Notes under the pieces: generated by a model | The model's database searches: none | Told to the model about the DNA's origin: nothing | Seen by the model: the letters and a program-made list of their open reading frames with translations, nothing else | Assembly (NCBI GenBank): GCA_963730185.1 | Contig: CAVSQW010000007.1 | Coordinates: 512,001-576,000, forward strand | Direction of reading: 5' to 3' | Source of the DNA: an uncultured Gemmatimonadales bacterium | GTDB taxonomy: Bacteria; Gemmatimonadota; Gemmatimonadetes; Gemmatimonadales; GWC2-71-9 | DNA length: 64,000 nucleotides | Part shown: positions 11,236 through 20,881 of the stretch, piece after piece | Layout: every line of letters begins with the position of its first letter | How positions within the stretch are numbered: position 1 is the stretch's first letter | Made by a program: the position numbers and the translations under genes

Positions 11236-12015
11236 ATGGCAACCAGCACGGCGCCGGCAGTCTGGTGGGTCTACGTCCTGGCCGGGGCGGTGACGGTCAT
11301 CTTCACCGCGACGGTCGTCGGGGTCATCGTGTTCGCGCAGCGACGCCAAGTCGAGCAGAGCCAGCGGTTCAGCCAGGGCTTGGTCGAGGCCCAGGAGGCG
11401 GAGCGGGCCCGGATCGCCCGGGAGCTCCACGACGACATCATCCAGCGGATCGCCCTGATCGGCGGCGAAGTGACCGAGCTGGGCCGGGTGATTCCCGATC
11501 CCCCGCCGATCGTGCACCAGCGCCTGGAGGGCCTCCGCGACGAGCTCCGCGACCTCGCCGACGAGGTCCGCTCCATGGCCCGCCGAGCCCATCCCTCCAT
11601 CCTGGATCACCTCGGGCTCTTCAAGGCGCTCCAGAGCCTCGCTGGCGAGATGCGGATTTCCGACGGACTCGACGTGACGCTCGATCTCGACCTCGACGAC
11701 GGCCAGAACGGTCTGCCGTCGCCTGCGGCACTCTCCCTCTATCGGGTGGCGCAGGAGGGGCTTCGAAACGTTGCCCGGCACGCCGGGACCGGGGCGGCGG
11801 TCCTCCGGGCCGGCCGTCGCGATCGGGGAGTGTTCGTCGAGGTGCAGGATGAAGGCGTCGGGAGCTCGCCCGGCGATCGCGACGGCCGCGGCCTCGGACT
11901 CCGGGGGTTGTCGGAGCGGCTTCGGGCCGTCAAAGGGCAGCTGAGCCTCGACAGCGAACCGGGACGGGGCACCCGCCTCACCGCCTGGGTTTCCGAACGG
12001 ACGAACGACTCATGA
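11236..12015 (+). CDS. NarX/HisKA_3-type histidine kinase with a single N-terminal TM and no sensor domain
   Basis: ERARIARELHDDIIQ, LYRVAQEGLRNVARHA, DEGVG, GLGLRGLSER. Confidence 0.93.
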   Translation: MATSTAPAVWWVYVLAGAVTVIFTATVVGVIVFAQRRQVEQSQRFSQGLVEAQEAERARIARELHDDIIQRIALIGGEVTELGRVIPDPPPIVHQRLEGLRDELRDLADEVRSMARRAHPSILDHLGLFKALQSLAGEMRISDGLDVTLDLDLDDGQNGLPSPAALSLYRVAQEGLRNVARHAGTGAAVLRAGRRDRGVFVEVQDEGVGSSPGDRDGRGLGLRGLSERLRAVKGQLSLDSEPGRGTRLTAWVSERTNDS

Positions 12016-12701
12016 CCCTTGCCGCCCGCATCCTCCTGGTCGACGACCACCCGCTCGTGTGCCAGGGGCTCAAGGCGATTCTCGAGCCGACCCACCACGT
12101 CGTGGGAATGGTGCACGACGGAACCGAAGTGATGGACGCGGTCCGCGCGCTGAGCCCCAACCTGGTGCTCCTGGACCTCGGCTTGCCTGGGCGGCTCGGT
12201 CTCGACGTCTGTCGTGACATCCGGGCGGCCTTCCCGGGCATCAAGGTGCTGGTGGTGAGCATGCAGGCCGAGCGGATCTACGCCGAAGAAGCGCTGCGGG
12301 CGGGGGCGGCCGGCTTCCTGGTGAAGCTCTCGTCCGACAAGGACGTCCTCACCGCCGTCGCCGAGGTGATGGCGGGGCGCCCCTACCGGAACGCCAAGCT
12401 CGAGGTCCGGACCCGGCCGGCCCAGACCGAGCGCCACGCCACCGCCAGCGGGCGGCTCCGCGATCCCCTGGAGATGCTCTCCCACCGCCAGCGTCAGGTG
12501 TTCGTCCTGATGGGACAGGGGAAGACGACCCAGGAGATCGCCGAGGCGCTCGGGGTGGGCGTCAAGACGGTCGAGTTCCACCGGGCCGCGATGGAAAAGG
12601 CGCTCGGCATCAAGAGTGCGCGGGCCCTGATGCGCCTCAGCATGGAGCGGATGAGCGAGCCGGGCGCACCCACCCTCGACGAGCTGGATCGCTCCGACTA
12701 G
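12012..12701 (+). CDS. NarL/LuxR-family response regulator
   Basis: ILLVDDHPLV, LVLLDLGLP, LSHRQRQVF..GKTTQEIAEALGVGVKTVEFHR; ATGA overlap with the kinase. Confidence 0.95.
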   Translation: MTLAARILLVDDHPLVCQGLKAILEPTHHVVGMVHDGTEVMDAVRALSPNLVLLDLGLPGRLGLDVCRDIRAAFPGIKVLVVSMQAERIYAEEALRAGAAGFLVKLSSDKDVLTAVAEVMAGRPYRNAKLEVRTRPAQTERHATASGRLRDPLEMLSHRQRQVFVLMGQGKTTQEIAEALGVGVKTVEFHRAAMEKALGIKSARALMRLSMERMSEPGAPTLDELDRSD

Positions 12702-12768
12702 GGATTTCCCCAGGGCGAGTGACCAGGGTTTGTCCCAACTGGTTGCTGGCGCCCGCGATTCCTATCCT
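12698..12768 (+). promoter_or_regulatory. Second pair of 16-bp boxes plus -10 upstream of the 12815 gene
   Basis: CTAGGGATTTCCCCAG (12698-12713), CCAGGGTTTGTCCCAA (12723-12738), TATCCT at 12763. Confidence 0.68.
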
Positions 12769-12814
12769 GTGACGGTCACGAGAGCACTACCGCCGTCCAC
12801 GAAGGAGTCGCCCG

Positions 12815-13228
12815 ATGTCAGCCACCGTCGAGATGGTCACCGTGGAAACCCTCCCCTGCCGGGCCTGCGGCCGGCAGCACCGCCTCCGACTCGCGCTGGT
12901 CGCGGCCGATCCGTCCGATCAGGATATCACCCTCGGGTTCTTCGGCCGGTGTCCCGACCTGGGGCGGAAGAGCTGGATGGTGATCGCCGTCCCGGTGGCC
13001 GCGGACGGTGCCTCGCGGCTGCTCCGGATGGGCCCGCCGGATCAGGACGGCTGGGAGCCGGACGATCTCGAGTCCATTCGCCGGGCCGTGGCGGTCGACG
13101 CGGTGCTCGGCCGCCGTCCCTCCCCCCGCCCCGCGCCGCCGCCCCCTCGCCCGCGTCCCGGCGACGGGTACCGCCGGATCCCGGTTCCCGATCTCCTCCG
13201 CCGGGCCCTCGGGTGCCCGATGGGCTGA
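12815..13228 (+). CDS. Small hypothetical protein with CxxC..H..CP (zinc-ribbon-like) and Pro-rich tail
   Basis: RBS AAGGAG; LPCRACGRQH...GRCP. Confidence 0.7.
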   Translation: MSATVEMVTVETLPCRACGRQHRLRLALVAADPSDQDITLGFFGRCPDLGRKSWMVIAVPVAADGASRLLRMGPPDQDGWEPDDLESIRRAVAVDAVLGRRPSPRPAPPPPRPRPGDGYRRIPVPDLLRRALGCPMG

Positions 13229-13415
13229 ACCACTGGCGTCACCCCCCGGCGTGGCCGCTCGGCCGCGCCTCGAATCCGGCCGGGCACGTTGCCTTGCCGG
13301 ATTCGTCTCGTTCGGTTTGCATTCCCGCGCGGCGCCGGCACGGCGGTTGCGCAGCCGCGGTTTCGGGAAGCACCGTCGGTTCATTCAACGTTCATTCGGG
13401 CGGCGTGTCGATCTC

Positions 13416-14426
13416 ATGGCGATTCTGGTAACCGGCGGGGCGGGGTACATTGGCAGCCACGCGTGTCTCGAGCTGCTCCGGGCGGGCCACGAGGTGGTGG
13501 TGGTGGACAACCTGAGCAACAGCCGCGAAGACGCGGTCCATCGGGTGGAGCGTCTGGCCGGCAAGCGGCTGGCGTTCCACCGGGTGGACATCCGGGACCG
13601 GGCCGGTCTCGAGGCGGTGTTCGCCGGGGCGTCGATCGATTCGGTGATGCACTTCGCCGGGCTCAAGGCCGTCGGGGAGTCGGTGGGGCAGCCGCTTCGG
13701 TACTTCGACAACAACATCACCGGCACGATCGTCCTGCTCGAGGTGATGAAGCAGCACGCCGTCAAGACGCTGGTGTTCAGCTCGTCGGCGACGGTCTACG
13801 GGGATCCGGCGAGCGTCCCGATTCGGGAGGACTTTCCGCTCTCGGCCTACAACCCCTACGGGCGTTCGAAGCTCTTCATCGAGGACATGCTGCGGGACCT
13901 GGTCCGCGCCGAGCCCGATTGGCGGGTCGCGCTGCTCCGCTACTTCAACCCGACCGGGGCGGACCCGAGCGGGGACATCGGCGAGGACCCCAACGGAATC
14001 CCCAACAACCTGGTACCGTACATCGCCCAGGTGGCGGTCGGGAAGTTGGAGGAGTTGCCGGTCTACGGGGGCGACTACCCCACTCGGGACGGCACCGGGG
14101 TCCGTGACTACATCCACGTGACCGATCTGGTGCTCGGCCACCTCAAGGCGCTGGAGAAGCTGGCCCGGGGGCCGGGCGTCGTGACCTACAATCTGGGTAC
14201 CGGCCAGGGCTACAGCGTGCTGGATGTGATCCACGCCTTCGAGCGGGCGGCGGGTAAGCCGATCGCCCATCGGATCGTCGACCGCCGGCCGGGGGATGCC
14301 GCCGAGTGCTGGGCCGATCCGTCGCTGGCCGGGCGCGAGCTGGGCTGGACGGCGACCCGCGACCTCGACGTGATGTGCGCCGACGTCTGGCGCTGGCAGA
14401 CCCAGAACCCGAACGGGTACGCCTAA
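13416..14426 (+). CDS. galE: UDP-glucose 4-epimerase
   Basis: ILVTGGAGYIGSH, HFAGLKAVGES, FSSSATVYG, YGRSK, LRYFNP. Confidence 0.96.
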   Translation: MAILVTGGAGYIGSHACLELLRAGHEVVVVDNLSNSREDAVHRVERLAGKRLAFHRVDIRDRAGLEAVFAGASIDSVMHFAGLKAVGESVGQPLRYFDNNITGTIVLLEVMKQHAVKTLVFSSSATVYGDPASVPIREDFPLSAYNPYGRSKLFIEDMLRDLVRAEPDWRVALLRYFNPTGADPSGDIGEDPNGIPNNLVPYIAQVAVGKLEELPVYGGDYPTRDGTGVRDYIHVTDLVLGHLKALEKLARGPGVVTYNLGTGQGYSVLDVIHAFERAAGKPIAHRIVDRRPGDAAECWADPSLAGRELGWTATRDLDVMCADVWRWQTQNPNGYA

Positions 14427-15442
14427 CGATCCTCGTCGCCGGCCCGCCGATCGGGCCGCGCGACCAACCGGTCGGGCCGCTCGACCAACCGGTCGAGCTG
14501 CTCGACCAGCCGGTCCGTCTTTCGGAAGAACTGGTCGGGCGTCTCGGTCGGGATGAATCGGGCCGAGAGCGGTCTGAGCACCGGCGCGAATCCGGTCGAG
14601 CGGGTTGGGTCGGCCGCTCCATCGTTCCAGGTCAGCGCGACCGTCCCTACCCCCAGCACCGCCGTGGCCGCGGCCGCTACCCGCCAGCGCCGGGCCCGCT
14701 CCCATTCCGTCGCCAGCCCCAGGTGCCCGGCCACGAGCAGGGCGCCCAGGCCGAGGGCCGAGACCGCGCCGCCCCAGGGCACCACCCCGGCGTCCGGCGC
14801 CAGGAATCCGGCCCAGGCCATCGCTCCGCTTACCGCCAGGGCGCCCACCGCGACCAGGGCGACCCAGGCCAGGTGGGCGGTGAACCGGAACTGGTGCAGC
14901 GCGAGTCGGGTGACCAGGGCCCAGGCGCCGGCCCAGGTGGCGCCCAGGAGCAGGGCCCAGGCGGTGGGCGGGAGGAGCGAGCCGACGGTGACCGCCTCGG
15001 TGTCGTCGAGACCGAGGAGGAAGGCCACCACCGTGAACCCCACGGCGGCCAGCAGCGTCGCCCGGACCGGGCTCAGAAGCACAGCGCCCAGCCACGACAC
15101 CCGACGCCGGTCGGGCAGGGCCGGGGGCACGGCCTCGTCGGGCCCCACGAACCGAAGGGTGGTCCGGCCGATCCGGAGCGCGAGCCCGGGGCGGAGCGGA
15201 CCCGACGACCACCGGTGCTCGCCGGTCCAGGTGCCGTTGGTTGACCCGGGGTCGGACACCATCAGTGCGCCGGTCTCCGGGTCGGGGCCGAGCACCAGAT
15301 GCCGGGCGTCCACGTAGGGGTCGTCGACGATCAGGTCGTTGTCGTAGCCCCGGCCGACGGTCAGCCGATCGGCGGTGAGGCGGTGGCGCAGGCGGACCCG
15401 GCCCCGATGGTCGACCACCTCGACGATCACGGGGTCGCCCAT
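14423..15442 (-). CDS. FHA-domain membrane protein
   Basis: VGRGYDND..DDPYVDARH..DPGSTNGT followed by about 5 TM helices. Confidence 0.85.
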   Translation of the reverse strand: MGDPVIVEVVDHRGRVRLRHRLTADRLTVGRGYDNDLIVDDPYVDARHLVLGPDPETGALMVSDPGSTNGTWTGEHRWSSGPLRPGLALRIGRTTLRFVGPDEAVPPALPDRRRVSWLGAVLLSPVRATLLAAVGFTVVAFLLGLDDTEAVTVGSLLPPTAWALLLGATWAGAWALVTRLALHQFRFTAHLAWVALVAVGALAVSGAMAWAGFLAPDAGVVPWGGAVSALGLGALLVAGHLGLATEWERARRWRVAAAATAVLGVGTVALTWNDGAADPTRSTGFAPVLRPLSARFIPTETPDQFFRKTDRLVEQLDRLVERPDRLVARPDRRAGDEDR

Positions 15443-16712
15443 CGGATCCTCGTCAGGTACTCGCGGGCGATGCGCTGAGCGTTCGCGAAGCTCACCCCGG
15501 AGAGGGAGAGGGTGGTGATCAGCCCGACGTCGCGAGCCCCGAGCACCGCGGCCCGGACCGTGGCGTCGTAGAGGTCGGGGAAGTCGAGATAGCGGCGGGC
15601 GCAGAACACGGTCCGGAGCACGATTCCCTGCTCCCGGAGGTTGCCGGTGCGGCACCGCTCGGCGGTGACCTCGCCGCCAGGGTCGGGGGCGTCGTCGGCG
15701 TCGTCGTCGGAGCGATCGGCGAACAGGGCCGAGTAGAAGGCGTAGAACCGAACCGGCCCCATCCCCCGGCTGGTGAGCAACACGTGGCGCATCGTCACGA
15801 TCCCCGACGACTGATCGCTCCCGAGGAAGATGTAGTCGTCGGTCGAGCACTCGTGGGTCACCCGCTCGTAGAGCGCGTCCGCGGGCCGGTCGGCATCGCC
15901 CCAGCAGCGGAAGAACGGCGCGGGTTGGGTGGGCAGCTCGAACGGGCCCAGCCGGACGGTATGGTCCCCTTCGGCGAAGAGCGAGGCGAGGTAGACGTCC
16001 TGGTTGGCCAGGACCTGGTCACCCACCTCCTGGAGGAGGTCCTCGGCGGGAGTCGGGTCGGTCGCGGCCCGGGCCACCAGGGCGCGGACCCGGTCGGCCG
16101 GCACCAGGAAGCTGACCGAGTTCCCCTCGGTCGAGACGTTGACACCGATGACCCGGCCGTCCGCGGTCAGGGCGGGGCCGCCGCTCATCCCGGGGTTGAG
16201 CGGACCGGTGAAGTGAATCTTGGGGTAGAGGGTGTGCTCGAGCAGGCCGTTGTAGGTGCCTTCGACGATGCTCAGGCCCAGGTCCTTGGGGTGTCCCAGC
16301 GAGTAGAGTCGGGTCCCCTTGGGAATCACGGCGCCGGCGACGGCGAAGAACCGGCCGGTGGGCCGGTCGGTCGCCAGCACCGCGAGATCGGCCACCACGT
16401 CGAGTGCCACGACCCGGGCGGGTCGCCCCGGTCCTTCGGCGGAATCCACTCCGCCCGGTACCGGTCGGGATCGTGGACGGTCTCGGCGACGACGTGATAA
16501 TTGGTGAGCAGGAGCCCACTGGCGCTCACGAAGAAGGCGGTGCCGAGCGACGTCTTGGCGCCGGAGCCGACCTCGGACACCTCCACCTTCACCACCCGAT
16601 CGGCATAGCGGCGAAAGACCTCGGCCGAGGCTTCGCTGCCGGATTGGGCGGTGAGGGAGGAACAGGGCAGGAGTCCGGCGACGAGGACGAGCCAAGCCCG
16701 TCCCGCGCTCAT
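15427..16712 (-). CDS. Secreted trypsin-like (S1C) serine protease with Cys-containing C-terminal domain; frameshifted near 16445
   Basis: Signal peptide and TNYHVV in one frame; ADLAVL and NPGMSGGP in another. Confidence 0.8.
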
Positions 16713-18137
16713 GGGGTGCCGCCGCGTCGGGTCCAGATCAGGATGATCGCGCACCCGTTGCCGACCGACTGGAACTCGGCCGGAATGCCGCCCGGGCCCT
16801 GGTAGATCTCGATGCCTTTGACTTCCTCGGGGAGCACCGGGGAGTCCGACCCCCAGGTCGGGGTCCAGCGGGATCCTGACCCGGTCGAGGAAGACGACCG
16901 GCCGGCAGGTGGCGTTGAAGCCGGCCCCGCCCCGGGTGGAGAGGATGTCGTAGTCGGCGGCCCCGACCGGCTCGACCTTGATCCCCGGGACCGTCTTGAA
17001 GAGATCCTCGATCCGGATCGTGCCCCGGCGGAGGATGTCGTTCCGCCCGATGAAGTAGCCGCCCAGACCGCGCTCTCGCCGGACCTCGAAGCCGGTCGGA
17101 TCGTTGGCCGCGTTGGAGCTGGTGACGGTGAGCTCGGGGAGCTCGAACGGAAGCCGGGCCAGCGTCAGGTCGGCCGTCCGCTGTCCGTCGGGGGTCAGGC
17201 TCACCCCGACCTGGCCTCGCCGGAAGCCGATGGCCCGGGCCTCGATGGTCTCGGTGCCGGCCCGGAGGCCGTTGAGGAGGAACCGTCCCGACGAGTCGGT
17301 CCGGACGCCGGAGGGTCGGCCGAGCAGGCCCACCAGAGCGCCCGGAATCGGGCGGCCGGCGGGGTCTCGGACCGAGCCCGTGACCCGGGCGGTGCCCGGG
17401 CTGGTGGTGTCGCTCACGTCGAGACTCACGTTCCGGACGGCGAGGTCCCTTCCGGAGAGATCGACCGCGAGCAGCGCCCGGGCGATGCCGGCGCTGTCGG
17501 TGGAGGTCAGGAGTACGGGGACGTCGTTCGGCACGCCGCAGAGCTGATAGCGCCCGCCCGGGTCGGTCAGGGCGTTGATGATCTTGGGCCGCTTCACGAC
17601 GCCGTGGGTCTTGTCCAATGTGGTCTCGGTCCACTCGCCTCGGACCCGTCCTCGAGCGAGGGGCTGGTCGCCCCCGGCGCGGGTGAGGCGACCGAGAAGC
17701 ACGCCGGTCTTCTCGGCGTGCGTCCCGGGACAGAGCCGGTCGTAGATGGTGCCGCCCGCCGGAGTGGCGAGCAGGACGGTGACGTCGATCCCGGCCCCGA
17801 GGGTGACGGTCCGCTCGGGCGGCGTGAAGCCGAGTGCCGTCAGGTCGGGATGGCTGTAGAGAAGGATGTAGGAGCCGGCGGGCACGGTGTCGAACCGGAA
17901 CACGCCCCGGGCGTCGGTGAGGGTGTGCCGCCCGAGCTCGAACAGCTCGACCCGGGCGCCCTCGAGTGGACCGGCCGTGAGGAGGCTGTCGTAGACGGTG
18001 CCCCGGATCGAGCCACGCGGCGTCTGGGCCAGCCCGGGGCCGGCGCCGAGCGTGAGCGCCAGCCCGAGCGCCGCGGCGACGGCCAGGACCTGCCTAACGA
18101 ACCCGGTCGAGCAGCGCGCGAACCCGCGGGAACGCAT
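16709..18137 (-). CDS. Carboxypeptidase-regulatory-like repeats plus TonB plug-like domain protein; frameshifted near 16840
   Basis: G.V.D...PL.GA.V repeats, TD..G.F; C-terminus continues in another frame as PEEVKGIEIYQG...CAIILIWTR. Confidence 0.72.
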
Positions 18138-19404
18138 CCTCGATGTCCTGGAGGGAGACCGCCCCCACCGAGATCCGGAACCACCCGGTCTCGGCCTCGA
18201 GGCCGAACGCCTGGAACGGGACCACGGCCAACCCGGCGCCGTCGAGCAGGAGCTGCCGAATGTCCTCGTTGGACCGGATTGGCCGGCCGTCGATGCTCCG
18301 GCCGACCAGGTCGAGCTGGAGCGAGAGGTAGAGGGCGCCCTGCGGGTGAATGCAGTCGGCCCGATAGCCGTCCTTCCGGAGCGCCTGGAAGCCCTGGTAC
18401 AGGGCGTCGAGCCGGGCCTTGATCCCGGTGTGCATGGTGCGCCGGTACTCGGCGATGGCGGCCTCGTCGTTCAGGAACCGGGCCGTGCCGACCTGCTCGG
18501 GCCGGGGCGCCCAGGCCCCCACGTGGCCGAGGAAGTCCTTCATCCGGGCGATCACGGCCGGCGCGCCGACCGTCCACCCCACCCGGAGCCCGGTGCCGGC
18601 GAACGCCTTGGACACGCCGTCGAGCAGCATCGTCCAGGGGGCGGCCTCGGGGACCAACGCCACCGGATTGTGGTGCTGGGCGGGCGGGAAGGCGAGCGTG
18701 CCGTACATCTGGTCGAACAGCACGAAGAGCGGGCGCTCGCCGGCCGAGTGCCGGCGGGCGTTCTCGGCCACCACGGCTTCCATGATCCGGCGGAGCTCGT
18801 CTTCCGCCATCACGGTGCCGGTCGGGTTGGCGGGGGAGCAGAGGCAGATCAGCCGGGCCGAGGCCAGATGCGGCTCGAGCTGGGCCAGGGTCGGTTGGAA
18901 CCCGGTTTCCCGATCGGCCGCGACGGTGACGACCTTCGCCTCGGTCAGGGTGGAATAGTGGTCGTTGTTCCAGGAGGGCACGGGATACACCACCGTGTCG
19001 CCCCGATCGACCACCGTCCGGAAAAACGCATAGATCCCGGGCCGCCCGCCCCCGGCGATCAGGATCGACTCCACGGGATAGGCGACGCCCTGCTCGCGCT
19101 CCAGATAGGCCCGGACGGCCTGGCGGAGCGCCATGACGCCGTCCGAAGGCGGGTAGTTCGTCTCGCCGGCCTCCAGAGCGGCCTCGATGGCCCGCCGGAG
19201 GGCGTCCGGGATCGGGAACTGTTTGGCGTCGAAATCGCCGACCGTCAGGTTGCAGACCGGCTTGCCGGCCGCGATCATGGCGCGGACGGTGGCGGCGATT
19301 TTGAGGATGGACGACCCGCGGAGCCGACGGGACATGGCCGACAGCGACTGATCGAGCTCCGCCTGGTTGCCGAAATCGAGTGCGGGGGAGGCGGTCGAGG
19401 TCAT
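18094..19404 (-). CDS. Class I/II PLP-dependent aminotransferase (AspC-like)
   Basis: CSPANPTG, DQMY, DGVSKAFAGTGLRVGW. Confidence 0.92.
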   Translation of the reverse strand: MTSTASPALDFGNQAELDQSLSAMSRRLRGSSILKIAATVRAMIAAGKPVCNLTVGDFDAKQFPIPDALRRAIEAALEAGETNYPPSDGVMALRQAVRAYLEREQGVAYPVESILIAGGGRPGIYAFFRTVVDRGDTVVYPVPSWNNDHYSTLTEAKVVTVAADRETGFQPTLAQLEPHLASARLICLCSPANPTGTVMAEDELRRIMEAVVAENARRHSAGERPLFVLFDQMYGTLAFPPAQHHNPVALVPEAAPWTMLLDGVSKAFAGTGLRVGWTVGAPAVIARMKDFLGHVGAWAPRPEQVGTARFLNDEAAIAEYRRTMHTGIKARLDALYQGFQALRKDGYRADCIHPQGALYLSLQLDLVGRSIDGRPIRSNEDIRQLLLDGAGLAVVPFQAFGLEAETGWFRISVGAVSLQDIEDAFPRVRALLDRVR

Positions 19405-19533
19405 GGCCGAATCTACACACTTCTCGGGGAGCGGGGTAAGCCGCCCAGCGTTGGCGGCGAGGGGACTGTAGTTTTCCGGTCTGGCCCGCTTCGGTGGCCG
19501 GCTCTCATTTCAGCGTTTCCGAGGAGGTTGCTC

Positions 19534-20865
19534 GTGTCGCGATCGGCATTCGTGCTCGGTCTCATCGTGATGGTGGCGTCGTCCGCCCAGGCCCAGCGCC
19601 GGGGCGACGACCACACCGCGGGGATCGACGCCCAGGTCGCCAAGGTCATGCCTCAGGTGGTGGCCTGGCGGGAGGACATCCATCAGCATCCGGAGCTCAG
19701 CAACCGCGAGTTCCGCACCTCCAAGCTGGTCGCCGACCATCTCCGGAGCCTGGGACTCGAGGTCCGGACCGGGATCGCCAAGACGGGCGTCGTCGGGATC
19801 CTCAAGGGCGGAAGGCCGGGGCCGGTGGTGGCGCTCCGGGCCGACATGGATGCTCTGCCCGTGACCGAGCAGGTCGACCTGCCGTTCAAGTCGACCGTCA
19901 AGGCGACGTACAACGGGATGGAGGTCGGGGTGATGCACGCCTGCGGCCACGACAACCACGTCGCCATCCTGCTGGGCACCGCGACGGTGCTGGCCGGAAT
20001 GAAGGACAAAGTGCCGGGCACGGTGATGTTCGTGTTCCAGCCGGCGGAGGAGGGGGCGCCCGCGGGCGAGGAGGGCGGTGCCTCGCTGATGATGAAGGAC
20101 GGGGTGTTCAACGATCCGACGCCGAGTGCGGTGTTCGGCCTCCACGTCTGGCCCGACCGGGTCGGGACCATCACCTACCGCTCCGGCAGCACCCTGGCCG
20201 CGGCCGACTGGCTCAGCATCAAGGTCAAGGGCCGCCAGACCCACGGCGCCGTCCCCTGGGGCGGGGTCGACCCGATCGTGGTGTCGTCACAGATCATCAT
20301 GGCGCTTCAGACCATCACGTCGCGCCAGGTCGACATCACCAAGTACCCGGCGATCGTCACCATCGGCCAGATCGTGGGCGGCAACCGGGGCAACATCATC
20401 CCCGACAGCGTGATGATGTACGGCACCATCCGGACCTTCGATGAGGACATGCGGAAGGAGATCCACGCCCGGATCAAGCGGATCGCCGAGGACATCGCGG
20501 CCAGCGCCGGCGCGACGGCCGAGGTGACCATCCCGCCCTACGGGCTGGTGACCTACAACGATCCGGCCCTCACCGCCCGGATGGTGCCGACCCTCGAGCG
20601 GGTGGCGGGTAAGGACAACGTGTCGGTCGGCCAGCTGACCACCGGTTCCGAAGACTTCCCGGAGTACACCCGGACCATTCCGGGCCTCTACTTCTTCCTC
20701 GGGGTCACCCCGGCGGACCAGGACCCGGCCAAAGCGGCCAAGAACCACTCGCCCTACTTCTTCGCCGACGAGGCGGCGCTGCCGGTCGGCGTCAAGGCGA
20801 TGACCAACCTGGCGCTCGACTACCTCCGCTCGGGCGGTGTCGGCAAGGCGGCGGGTGGTCGTTAG
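19534..20865 (+). CDS. Secreted M20D amidohydrolase (Acy1-like)
   Basis: RBS GAGGAGG with GTG start; HQHPELSNRE, LRADMDALP, MHACGHD, FQPAEEG, GSEDF. Confidence 0.93.
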   Translation: MSRSAFVLGLIVMVASSAQAQRRGDDHTAGIDAQVAKVMPQVVAWREDIHQHPELSNREFRTSKLVADHLRSLGLEVRTGIAKTGVVGILKGGRPGPVVALRADMDALPVTEQVDLPFKSTVKATYNGMEVGVMHACGHDNHVAILLGTATVLAGMKDKVPGTVMFVFQPAEEGAPAGEEGGASLMMKDGVFNDPTPSAVFGLHVWPDRVGTITYRSGSTLAAADWLSIKVKGRQTHGAVPWGGVDPIVVSSQIIMALQTITSRQVDITKYPAIVTIGQIVGGNRGNIIPDSVMMYGTIRTFDEDMRKEIHARIKRIAEDIAASAGATAEVTIPPYGLVTYNDPALTARMVPTLERVAGKDNVSVGQLTTGSEDFPEYTRTIPGLYFFLGVTPADQDPAKAAKNHSPYFFADEAALPVGVKAMTNLALDYLRSGGVGKAAGGR

Positions 20866-20881
20866 TCGGCTCCCGGGCCCG

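Noticed and set aside
16326..18137. Plug-domain/protease fusion protein
   Set aside because: Artefact of a single-base indel near 16840; an internal signal peptide and ATGA overlap at 16709-16712 indicate two genes
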